A DNA stretch of 36,980 bases. It comes from Bacteroidales bacterium (lineage in GTDB: Bacteria > Bacteroidota > Bacteroidia > Bacteroidales > ML635J-15). This document shows positions 10,622 to 18,815 of this stretch, piece after piece; position 1 is the stretch's first letter, and the number at the start of each line of letters is the position of its first letter. A program made the position numbers and the translations under genes. The notes beneath the pieces were generated by a model. The model was not told the DNA's origin. It made no database searches and saw only the letters and a list, made by a program, of their open reading frames with translations. Location of the stretch: positions 1-36,980 of the forward strand of contig JAQVPT010000001.1 of assembly GCA_028701945.1 (NCBI GenBank). The letters run 5' to 3'.

Positions 10622-10667
10622 TCTCACACTGATTTAGCTTCGAGTAACTCGAAGCACAGTTGTGTGA
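10622..10667 (+). terminator. First compound hairpin of the array, the likely terminator or 3' stabiliser for the methyltransferase mRNA
   Basis: Outer arms tctcacac / gtgtga(ga) enclose the palindrome gcttcgagt-a-actcgaagc. It begins 28 nt after the TAA at 10592-10594. Confidence 0.5.
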
Positions 10668-11593
10668 TATAATAATTTCGCTACTGGAGTTTTTCAGTAT
10701 TGGAGTTTTATTTTGGAAAAAGGAAAAAACTAAATTTAAATTACAAAATTATATCGCTAATCTCACACTGATTAAGCTTCGAGTAACTCGAAGCACAGTT
10801 GTGTGATATAATAATTTCGCTACTGGAGTTTTTCAGTATTGGAGTTTTATTTTGGAAAAAGGAAAAAACTAAATTTAAATTACAAAATCATATTGTAATC
10901 TCACACTAATTAAGCTTCGAGTAACTCGAAGCACAGTTGTGTGAGATAATAATTTCGCTACTGGAGTTTTTCAGTATTGGAGTTTTATTTTGGAAAAAGG
11001 AAGAAACTAAATTTAGATTACAAAATTACATTGCTAATCTCACACTGATTAAGCTTCGAGTAACTCGAAGCACAGTTGTGTGAGATAATAATTTCGCTAC
11101 TGGAGTTTTTCAGTACTGGAGTTTTATTTTGGAAAAAGGAAAAAACTAAATTTAAATTACAAAATCATATCGCTAATCTCACACTGATTTAGCTTCGAGT
11201 AACTCGAAGCACAGTTGTGTGAGATAATAATTTCGCTACTGGAGTTTTTCAGTACTGGAGTTTTATTTTGGAAAAAGGAAAAAACTAAATTTAGATTACA
11301 AAATTACATTGCTAATCTCACACTGATTAAGCTTCGAGTAACTCGAAGCACAGTTGTGTGAGACAATAATTTCGCTACTGGAGTTTTTCAGTACTGGAGT
11401 TTTATTTTGGAAAAAGGAAAAAACTAAATTTAAATTACAAAATCATATCGCTAATCTCACACTGATTTAGCTTCGAGTAACTCGAAGCACAGTTGTGTGA
11501 TATAATAATTTCGCTACTGGAGTTTTTCAGTATTGGAGTTTTATTTTGGAAAAAGGAAAAAACTAAATTTAAATTACAAAATCATATCGCTAA

Positions 11594-11639
11594 TCTCACA
11601 CTGATTTAGCTTCGAGTAACTCGAAGCACAGTTGTGTGA
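11594..11639 (-). terminator. Last compound hairpin of the array, the first one met by transcripts leaving the thioredoxin-like gene
   Basis: Same inverted repeat as above. Being palindromic, it folds on either strand. It lies 27 bp beyond the stop of the minus-strand gene that ends at 11666. Confidence 0.45.
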
Positions 11640-11665
11640 AGCTTAGATTGAGTAAGAAAAAAGAT

Positions 11666-11980
11666 TTAATCAATAAGATTTTTTATCCGCTCATACTCTG
11701 CTTGCAATTTTGCCAAATCAACAAAACGTATCATGCTAATAACTTCTTGACCTGCATAAAAAACTTTAAGTGCAGGAACACTCATAACAAGATTTTGAGC
11801 AGCAATATCGGGGTTTGCAAAACAGTCAACAATATAAAATTGCTCACCCCAGTTATTTATTAATTTTTGTATTTGCGGCATTAATGAATCGCAAACTGAA
11901 CATTTATCATTTTTAAAATAAACAAAGCTAAGGGCGTTCATATCCTTGATAGCATTTAGATCGTCAATACTATTAATCAT
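11666..11980 (-). CDS. Thioredoxin-family protein
   Basis: 104 aa. It has a CxxC motif (KCSVCDSL) at the expected place in a thioredoxin-sized protein, and SVPALKVF matches the cis-Pro loop region. Its start overlaps the ispF stop by 8 bp. Confidence 0.7.
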   Translation of the reverse strand: MINSIDDLNAIKDMNALSFVYFKNDKCSVCDSLMPQIQKLINNWGEQFYIVDCFANPDIAAQNLVMSVPALKVFYAGQEVISMIRFVDLAKLQAEYERIKNLID

Positions 11981-12464
11981 TAGCTTTATTTTTATAAATC
12001 AGCACTATTGCAGATGCACTAATCCCCTCTTCCCTACCCTCAAAACCAAGCTTCTCGGTAGTTGTTGCCTTCACAGAAACCTGATCGACATCTAAGTCCA
12101 GCACATCAGCCAAAACATTAATCATTTCGGGAATATAATTCTTAATTTTAGGTTGTTGAAGACAAATTGTAGAATCGATATTTGATATTTTATAGTGCCT
12201 TTCTTTAAGTAATTCAAGAGTTCTTTTTAGAAGAATTTTACTATCAATATTTTTAAATTCGGCACTATTATCAGGGAAATGAAATCCAATATCACGAAGG
12301 GCAGCAGCACCCAAAATAGCATCACAAATAGCATGAATTAAAACATCACCATCAGAATGAGCTACGCATGATTTTGAATGTGGGATTATTATTCCACCAA
12401 GCCAAAAATCTCCACCTTCCTGAAATGCGTGTACATCATACCCGTAACCTATTCTAAAATTCAT
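11973..12464 (-). CDS. ispF: 2-C-methyl-D-erythritol 2,4-cyclodiphosphate synthase
   Basis: RIGYGYDVHAF..., GGIIIPHSKSCVAHSDGDVLIHAICDAILGAAALRDIGFHFPD and ATTTEKLGFEGREEGI are canonical IspF. I chose the ATG at 12464 (MNFRIGYGYD) rather than the ORF-track start at 12500, which would overlap porV. Confidence 0.92.
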   Translation of the reverse strand: MNFRIGYGYDVHAFQEGGDFWLGGIIIPHSKSCVAHSDGDVLIHAICDAILGAAALRDIGFHFPDNSAEFKNIDSKILLKRTLELLKERHYKISNIDSTICLQQPKIKNYIPEMINVLADVLDLDVDQVSVKATTTEKLGFEGREEGISASAIVLIYKNKAND

Positions 12465-12465
12465 T

Positions 12466-13743
12466 TTATGATTTTTCGTCAGAAAGTCCACCAATATCAA
12501 ATGTCAATGTGAACCTAAGAGTATTTTGCAGTGGGTTTGCTTGAGTTGTAGGAATTAAGTAGGCAAAATCGAGACCAAAAACATTCATTTTAAGTCCTGC
12601 ACCAACAGTAAAATACTTACGATTACCTTTGTATTGATGTTCGTTAAAATATCCTAATCTCAAAGCAAACTGCTTATCATACCAGTATTCAAGTCCAGCA
12701 GATATTGTAAATTCAGCAAGCTCTTCGCGAAAAGGAGAAGGCGTTCCAATACCATCACCATCTTTATCCATAAGAAAAGCCGTTGCTACTCCAGGAGCAT
12801 CATACCACGACTGAAACAATGAAGCTCCAACAGAGATATTTGGGTCTTTACCATACCTTGTTTTATTTTCATCACCTGCAAGCACAATATCACCATTAGG
12901 TAAAACATCACCAGCATTATAATAAACAGGAGGAGTTGGCACAAGAAGTTTATTAACATCAACAGTTGCCATAAACTGATTATGGTCGTCTAATTTAAGT
13001 ACATACCCAACACCAGTTCTAAAATTCATTGGAATAAAATCACGATTTTCATTATCAGTATATGAGATTTTACCACCAATGTTGCTAATATTCATACCCC
13101 ACATCAACGTACCAGGCATTCCGCCAATTTCAATCTCGTCATTATGATAATATAAAGCAAAGTCAGCAGCTACGGTTTTACCGGGAAAAGACTCACTACT
13201 CTGGACAGCGATACCATTTGTTAAATTTGAATACATAAACCTCATTACGACCGCACCTGAGAATTTTTTTCCCAAAAGTCGAGAGTATCCAAAATCAACA
13301 GCAAACTCGTGAGGAGTAAAATTCATTAATAATGTGTTATCAATATCGCGAAATTGAATACTTCCAAGGTCGAAATATAAAAGAGATGCACTAAGTACAT
13401 TTTCGGCATTAATTCGTTTATAAGCTGAGACATAACCTAAATTCATATCCTGCACCAATTGTCTTAACCAAGGAGTATAAGATATTGAAACCCCAACATC
13501 ATCTTTAATAAAACAATACTTAGCCGGATTCCAATGCTGAGAATTAACATCAGGAGTTGTTGCTACACCAGCATCACCAAGTCCACCGGCACGAGAATCT
13601 GGTGCTATCAGCAAGAAGGGTACGGTGGTTGTAATTGTATTAGGAGCAGCACGTCCAATCACATCGTCCTCAGTTGTTTGACCATAAGACAAAATAGACA
13701 TGCTCGTTAAAATTGCAAAGAGTATTACGGATTTTTTAATCAT
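12466..13743 (-). CDS. porV: T9SS outer-membrane shuttle/channel protein PorV (LptO)
   Basis: 425 aa. After the signal peptide comes the PorV-type N-terminus (VPFLLIAPDSRAGGLGDAGVATTPD...HWNPAKY). It has a beta-barrel-like C-terminus with alternating aromatic residues and sits directly downstream of porU, as in other Bacteroidota. Confidence 0.85.
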   Translation of the reverse strand: MIKKSVILFAILTSMSILSYGQTTEDDVIGRAAPNTITTTVPFLLIAPDSRAGGLGDAGVATTPDVNSQHWNPAKYCFIKDDVGVSISYTPWLRQLVQDMNLGYVSAYKRINAENVLSASLLYFDLGSIQFRDIDNTLLMNFTPHEFAVDFGYSRLLGKKFSGAVVMRFMYSNLTNGIAVQSSESFPGKTVAADFALYYHNDEIEIGGMPGTLMWGMNISNIGGKISYTDNENRDFIPMNFRTGVGYVLKLDDHNQFMATVDVNKLLVPTPPVYYNAGDVLPNGDIVLAGDENKTRYGKDPNISVGASLFQSWYDAPGVATAFLMDKDGDGIGTPSPFREELAEFTISAGLEYWYDKQFALRLGYFNEHQYKGNRKYFTVGAGLKMNVFGLDFAYLIPTTQANPLQNTLRFTLTFDIGGLSDEKS

Positions 13744-13847
13744 TTTAAAGAATTTTTTTACAAATATATTAATAATATTTTAAACTAAGCGTTTTAATAA
13801 ACTTACTAACGCCAATTATCAATTTTTAGTATTTTATGAATAGACAA

Positions 13848-16800
13848 TTAATTTAGAATAACAAGTTTTTCGAATTCTTCGACCACATTTCCAGCTACAT
13901 TTCTCACTTTCATTTTATAAACATAAACCCCTTTTCCAATTTTGTCTCCGTATTGGTCTTTTCCGTCCCAGTGTATTGGTTGCGACCTAAAACCATCGCT
14001 AATAACTACATCTTCGACAGTCTTAACATGCTTTCCCGACACAGTAAACACCTGAATAATAACGTCTAATACTTGGTTAGGCTGGTTATGATCAAAATAA
14101 AAATCTGTACTAGTCGAAAACGGATTTGGATAATTAAATATATGATCAATCACAAGCTCGGCAGAGTTTGCGACAATAAAATCAGTAAAAGCTTCACCAC
14201 TATTATTGAGTACATCCCAAGCTTTAACTTTTAGGGTATGCGGACCAAGTTCAAGTCCTGACATTTTATAATTCACTTCGCCTGAAGTAAAATCATCAAT
14301 AGTAGACTCATAAAACTTGTTTAGAACAATTACATCGGGAGTATTTTCATCAAATATCATTGTAATATCATGCCCAATACCACTACCAACAGTATTTATG
14401 CCCGATTCATCTGATATTTTTGCAAGCAAAAGAGGTTTTTCATCAGTAATACCGCCAGGAATAAATTGCTCATTATTCATAAACAACTCAATCTCGGGGC
14501 CTTCATTATCATTCAAATTATTATCAGCAGAGCCTCCAATCAAAAACGACCCATCATACCCCGAAGCCTCAATATCACTATTATTATGAGCATAATAACT
14601 CACTTTTCCGGCATCATAAAAATATGCAATATCAACTGGCACAATAAAAGAAAAACTAAAATGTCCGTTTACCACACTAGCCTGACCATTAAAAATAATA
14701 TTTTTTTGTGCAGTATAATTTAAAGGTGGGTATCCATCATTACCACGAGTTGTATATTCCATTCGCTTATCATATACAGTTGGATAGATTATTCCATTAA
14801 AATTTTCGGCTAAATTCCCATCAGGATAAGTAATGACACCTTCAAAATTTACCATCGCAGTCGCTTGTATAGTATCATTAAAAAGATTAACATCTACTCC
14901 ATTTATTTTAGTAGTAGAAGCATTATAAGAAGGTACGGAAGGTCTCATTGCAGGGTCTCCAAGCACAGAAAACACTCTCTTGTTTGTATCTCCTATCCTA
15001 TTATTTTTAGCTCTTGCAGCCGACAAACCTATAGGAAAAACTCGACCATTAGCATCACGCTTAAATACCTCATCATAGAACTTGTAAGATAATGAGGCAT
15101 TACTTCCTGCAAATGCAAGCCGCGTAGTAGTGAAGAGAGCAATCCCACCTCCGTCAGGATTTAACAAGACCTCTTCTCCAGCTGACACTAAACTATGATG
15201 GTCCCAAGGAGAAAACTCACAAGTAGCAGTAACAAATATCGGAAACTTATTAGTATTTTGCCACATTCCAATCATATTAAGAGTTAAAACACTTTCATGA
15301 GCCCATCCTTTTTGGTTACCATGACCAATCCAATTTACCAACAACACACCAGTATTAATATTATCGTTTATCGCCTGATTAACATCTGGATATTTATGTC
15401 CTTGTACAGTCGAAATCTGTTCAAAATCGTCGAGAAACAATTTTTCAAGATTAAATAATGGATAGTTCGCCTCCAATTGTAAGGCAACGTCATTACTTTG
15501 GTTCTGATGCATAACTTCTCCACCTTCTGCATCATCAGCTATAAGTAAAATTTTATTTTTCCAGCTTCCATAACTATCCGAGCTGTAATAAATTTGAAGT
15601 TTATTTACATAAGCCGTTGCCTCAGCGACAGTATTAACAGGAATTCTTCCAACTCCAGCATCAATATCATGCGAACCACTTACTGATCCTTCACCATCAT
15701 CAAGAAAAACAAAAAAATCATCTGACACATACGACCCCGTAGGTGAGACACTCGATTCTGACTGATATGTCAAAATTAAATTTGTTGCCAAAGGGTCTAT
15801 TCCAAGATTATCATAACTTCCGTCTCCAAAAAGCAAAAGATTATCAGGAATTTCATTTTCGGTAGCAGCCCTGTCGTACAGCATTTTCATAAAATTTCTT
15901 ATTGCAGCGACATCGGGTGTTCCTGACGAAAACTCGTTATATATTTTTTGAGGAGTAGTTATTAGCACTGACATGTCATCATAATTCTCATGAATCTGCT
16001 TAATAGTATTAGCCTGTGCAATAAAATTGGGATGAGTAACAATAACAAGATCAACAGGCGATAATGAATGAAGATTCTGATTTTCGACAAATCCCAAATT
16101 TGTGCCACTTATATCTGGTATAGGGAAAGAAGACGATGGATTAAAAGCGATATACTCTCTAAGAGCAGTTGCATCTGCATTAAAACTATAAACAGAACCG
16201 CTTAAAGTACCTTGTACTCTATTAGCATTTATTCTATCAGTAATATCCCATACTAATGTTGTTGAGCCGGCATTTGAAACATTAAATTTAGCTACCGCAC
16301 CTAAACCAATTGATTTTTTATCTCTAAACTGAACAAAGTTATTACTAAGTGCCAATTGTCGTCTTAGTGTGAACGAAATGTAATCTAGCCAACCCTTTGA
16401 GTTTGAGCTAGTTTTGTTGTACGTTAGATTTATCGAAAAAGTATTTGATGAAGGTTTTATTTTAAAAGTATTATTAGTATTTGAATTTGCAAATATTGAA
16501 AGCGAGTTATTACTTGTTGACGCAACATAAATAGGACTCTGGGCTATACCATTAATATTTAGACTAAAATAACTTTGCGCACTTGACCTTGCAGCCAACA
16601 TAACTTTCACAATTGCCGTATCAGTTGTTGAGACATTAGGAAAAGTTTTAGAGAAAGAGTGAGACAAATAATAATCAAATTCTCGCCAGAATAAAGTGCG
16701 TCCACTGTTTAAGAGATTTATAGAATCTTTTTCAAGAAAACCATAATCATCAAAACTATTAACTTGAACATTATATGAAGGCACCGAGAGCTGACTTGCA

Positions 16801-17657
16801 GGCTGTTTCCATGTCCCTTGGTCTGATACAAAATAATAAGAATATGGAGAATATGCATGATACTCGTGAGTAGTAGGATTAATTTTATCCCAATAAATAT
16901 TATGCGGACCATCAGCAAAAAACAACAAATAATCTCCAGCATCAAAGACGTTATTTGCATTAACATCGACTTTCACTACAGGCCTTTCGGGCAAATCGTC
17001 ATAAAGCTCGGCTCCAACAGTTTTTGGTAAAAGTCCACCATAACCAAATACACCAATACTGTTAAAAGAGGTAAAACCCATTGAAATAAGATCGCTATGC
17101 GACAACTTATAAATCCCAGTTTGGCTCACTCGAATTTTGTACCAATTACCAGAAGACATTTTACTGTTATAAGTGTAAGATTTTTGCATCTTTGGTGTGC
17201 CAGCATCTTGATAAGTGATTCGACATTCAAAATACACAAGGCGCTCAATATCGCCCGAAGTTTTATTACGTCTAAGAGGCACTAGTTCCAATGATAAATA
17301 AGATTGCTTACGAAATTTATTGATGTCAGTTTTAATATCGGGGGTTTCCGATATCTTTTCCAAATATTTAACATTGTTTAAATCTTCTTTGTTAATAACT
17401 TCATATTTTGCATTAAGCAATTCTACATCTGACACATAGGCATGTGTATTTAGTTTAACTTTATAAAAATAGACAGGTAAATTGTCTGCACTGCGAAACT
17501 GTGCGTCTTCAAAAGATAAAATATTAAAAACATTATTATCGTTATCAACAAAAATTTTATTATTTTGCCATCTTAAAGAATCGGATATATTTATTATCTG
17601 AGCTGTTAATAAAGTGTTAATAAAAACAAAAACGAATATTAAATGGTATTTTCTCAT
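13848..17657 (-). CDS. porU: T9SS C-terminal-signal peptidase/sortase PorU (peptidase C25-like)
   Basis: 1269 aa. It has a signal peptide, a gingipain/C25-like central region (LLLFGDGSYD..., VNWIGHGN...) and its own C-terminal sorting-type domain (NYPNPFSTSTDFYFD...VYVYKMKV). It is paired with porV. Confidence 0.85.
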   Translation of the reverse strand: MRKYHLIFVFVFINTLLTAQIINISDSLRWQNNKIFVDNDNNVFNILSFEDAQFRSADNLPVYFYKVKLNTHAYVSDVELLNAKYEVINKEDLNNVKYLEKISETPDIKTDINKFRKQSYLSLELVPLRRNKTSGDIERLVYFECRITYQDAGTPKMQKSYTYNSKMSSGNWYKIRVSQTGIYKLSHSDLISMGFTSFNSIGVFGYGGLLPKTVGAELYDDLPERPVVKVDVNANNVFDAGDYLLFFADGPHNIYWDKINPTTHEYHAYSPYSYYFVSDQGTWKQPASQLSVPSYNVQVNSFDDYGFLEKDSINLLNSGRTLFWREFDYYLSHSFSKTFPNVSTTDTAIVKVMLAARSSAQSYFSLNINGIAQSPIYVASTSNNSLSIFANSNTNNTFKIKPSSNTFSINLTYNKTSSNSKGWLDYISFTLRRQLALSNNFVQFRDKKSIGLGAVAKFNVSNAGSTTLVWDITDRINANRVQGTLSGSVYSFNADATALREYIAFNPSSSFPIPDISGTNLGFVENQNLHSLSPVDLVIVTHPNFIAQANTIKQIHENYDDMSVLITTPQKIYNEFSSGTPDVAAIRNFMKMLYDRAATENEIPDNLLLFGDGSYDNLGIDPLATNLILTYQSESSVSPTGSYVSDDFFVFLDDGEGSVSGSHDIDAGVGRIPVNTVAEATAYVNKLQIYYSSDSYGSWKNKILLIADDAEGGEVMHQNQSNDVALQLEANYPLFNLEKLFLDDFEQISTVQGHKYPDVNQAINDNINTGVLLVNWIGHGNQKGWAHESVLTLNMIGMWQNTNKFPIFVTATCEFSPWDHHSLVSAGEEVLLNPDGGGIALFTTTRLAFAGSNASLSYKFYDEVFKRDANGRVFPIGLSAARAKNNRIGDTNKRVFSVLGDPAMRPSVPSYNASTTKINGVDVNLFNDTIQATAMVNFEGVITYPDGNLAENFNGIIYPTVYDKRMEYTTRGNDGYPPLNYTAQKNIIFNGQASVVNGHFSFSFIVPVDIAYFYDAGKVSYYAHNNSDIEASGYDGSFLIGGSADNNLNDNEGPEIELFMNNEQFIPGGITDEKPLLLAKISDESGINTVGSGIGHDITMIFDENTPDVIVLNKFYESTIDDFTSGEVNYKMSGLELGPHTLKVKAWDVLNNSGEAFTDFIVANSAELVIDHIFNYPNPFSTSTDFYFDHNQPNQVLDVIIQVFTVSGKHVKTVEDVVISDGFRSQPIHWDGKDQYGDKIGKGVYVYKMKVRNVAGNVVEEFEKLVILN

Positions 17658-17706
17658 AAAATTATAAAAAAAATAAAAATAACTTACTAATTATTTTAAT
17701 AAACGA

Positions 17707-17714
17707 CAAAAATA
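17707..17714 (-). promoter_or_regulatory. Candidate -7 box (TAttTTTG on the minus strand) for porU
   Basis: Plus-strand caaaaata is the reverse complement of TAnnTTTG. It lies 50 bp upstream of the porU ATG at 17657. Confidence 0.35.
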
Positions 17715-17790
17715 ACTTAATATTGTCGTTTATATTTTACAAATAGAAAAATTTTTATTAATATTGCGTATTGTTGTTAAGAAATATATT

Positions 17791-18777
17791 ATGGTGAAAC
17801 GTTACATAATCTTGTTAAGTGCCTTACTTATAGGCAGTTTAGGTCTAGTAAATGCACAGGATGCTCATTTTTCGCAGTTCTATGCAAATTCACTTTATCT
17901 AAATCCTGCATTTGCTGGAGCAGAAAAGTGCCCTCGGATTAGTTTAAACTACCGTAACCAATGGCCTGCATTAGGTTCAACATATGTAACTTACAGTGCA
18001 TCATACGATCAATACTGGAGTGCATTACAAGGAGGAGTTGGTTTACACCTAATGAATGATGTTCAGGGAGGTGGCACAATAAACACTACTATGATAAGTG
18101 GAATGTACTCTTACACATTACCAGTAACTCGTAAGTTTTATGTTGCAGCAGGGTTTCAAGCATCTTACATTATGAAAACTATTGATTGGGATTTTATCTT
18201 CCCAAATATGATACACCCTCTTTACGGTCCAATTTATTCATCATTAGAGAATCCTGATATAATAAACACACAACGTAATTATGTAGATTTCTCTGCTGGA
18301 ATTTTAGCTTTTAGCGAAAGAACATTTTTTGGAGTTGCAGTTCACCACCTAACACAACCATCTGAGTCATTTCTTCGTGGTAGTGATGCCGTACTGCCAA
18401 TGAAATTAACTGCTCACTTTGGGACAGAGATACCTATTAATAGTAGTAAATATCGTAGAGGAGAGTTAAAAATATCACCTCAACTATTATTTCATCAGCA
18501 AGGTCAATTTCAACAGTTCAATTGGGGAGTTTATCTTGCTCGTCAAAAAATTGTTGCAGGCTTTTGGCTACGTCAAAACTTTAACTTTCAGTACGATTCA
18601 TTTATTATGCTTGCTGGTTTCAAACAAGACAACCTCAGATTTGCATATAGTTACGATTTAACAGTATCAAGATTAATGAACTCTACGTACGGTTCACACG
18701 AGGTTTCAGTAGCATTTACATTTCAATGTCATGGAAAAGATCCTAAGAAAGATATAATAAGTTGTCCTTCTTTTTAG
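17791..18777 (+). CDS. PorP/SprF-family type IX secretion membrane protein
   Basis: The family signature follows the signal peptide directly (AQDAHFSQFYANSLYLNPAFAG), and the rest looks like a beta-barrel. I prefer the ATG at 17791 (MVKRYIILLS...) over the TTG at 17764 used in the ORF track. Confidence 0.85.
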   Translation: MVKRYIILLSALLIGSLGLVNAQDAHFSQFYANSLYLNPAFAGAEKCPRISLNYRNQWPALGSTYVTYSASYDQYWSALQGGVGLHLMNDVQGGGTINTTMISGMYSYTLPVTRKFYVAAGFQASYIMKTIDWDFIFPNMIHPLYGPIYSSLENPDIINTQRNYVDFSAGILAFSERTFFGVAVHHLTQPSESFLRGSDAVLPMKLTAHFGTEIPINSSKYRRGELKISPQLLFHQQGQFQQFNWGVYLARQKIVAGFWLRQNFNFQYDSFIMLAGFKQDNLRFAYSYDLTVSRLMNSTYGSHEVSVAFTFQCHGKDPKKDIISCPSF

Positions 18778-18815
18778 TTATATATATATATTGAATATTA
18801 TAAAAACATCATAAT

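Larger units (their letters stand above)
10529..11639. repeat. Tandem array of 8 x 139 bp. Each unit contains the 3' end of the methyltransferase CDS (21 codons plus TAA), an AT-rich linker and a compound hairpin.
   Basis: Units are 10529-10667, 10668-10806, 10807-10944 (138 bp, 1-bp deletion), 10945-11083, 11084-11222, 11223-11361, 11362-11500 and 11501-11639. Two extra bases of homology (ga) lie at 10527-10528. The perfect 19-nt palindrome gcttcgagtaactcgaagc starts at 10637, 10776, 10914, 11053, 11192, 11331, 11470 and 11609. All six frames are closed, and the period is not a multiple of 3. Confidence 0.95.

Noticed and set aside
10529-11639. CRISPR array
   Set aside because: The whole 139-bp period is repeated, and there are no unique spacers between short repeats. 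No cas genes are in the window. Part of each unit is a copy of a coding sequence.
10529-11639. Diversity-generating retroelement (a VR at the gene's 3' end with a TR downstream)
   Set aside because: The copies include the stop codon and about 70 nt of downstream non-coding sequence. There are eight copies rather than a VR/TR pair. The few differences (C/T, A/G, T/A, T/G) are not adenine-specific. No reverse transcriptase gene is nearby.
10529-11639. Assembly artefact that duplicated a single terminator region
   Set aside because: The units are not identical. I found 11 variable positions, a 1-bp indel and distinct linker haplotypes, which favours a genuine array. The copy number itself still needs long-read confirmation.
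11636-11863. 75-aa plus-strand ORF starting at the end of the array
   Set aside because: It starts at a GTG inside the last repeat. It lies entirely antisense to the better-supported thioredoxin-like gene, and its composition is low-complexity and Lys/Asn/Ile/Leu-rich. It is a shadow ORF.
12465-12500. Longer ispF start (the 175-aa version in the ORF track)
   Set aside because: The extension (MILVDFLTKNHK) would overlap the 3' end of porV by 35 bp. The conserved IspF N-terminus begins at MNFRIGYGYDVH.
17764-17790. TTG start for the PorP/SprF gene
   Set aside because: The in-frame ATG at 17791 yields a normal signal peptide (MVKRYIILLSALLIGSLGLVNA). The extension adds a basic stretch with no support.
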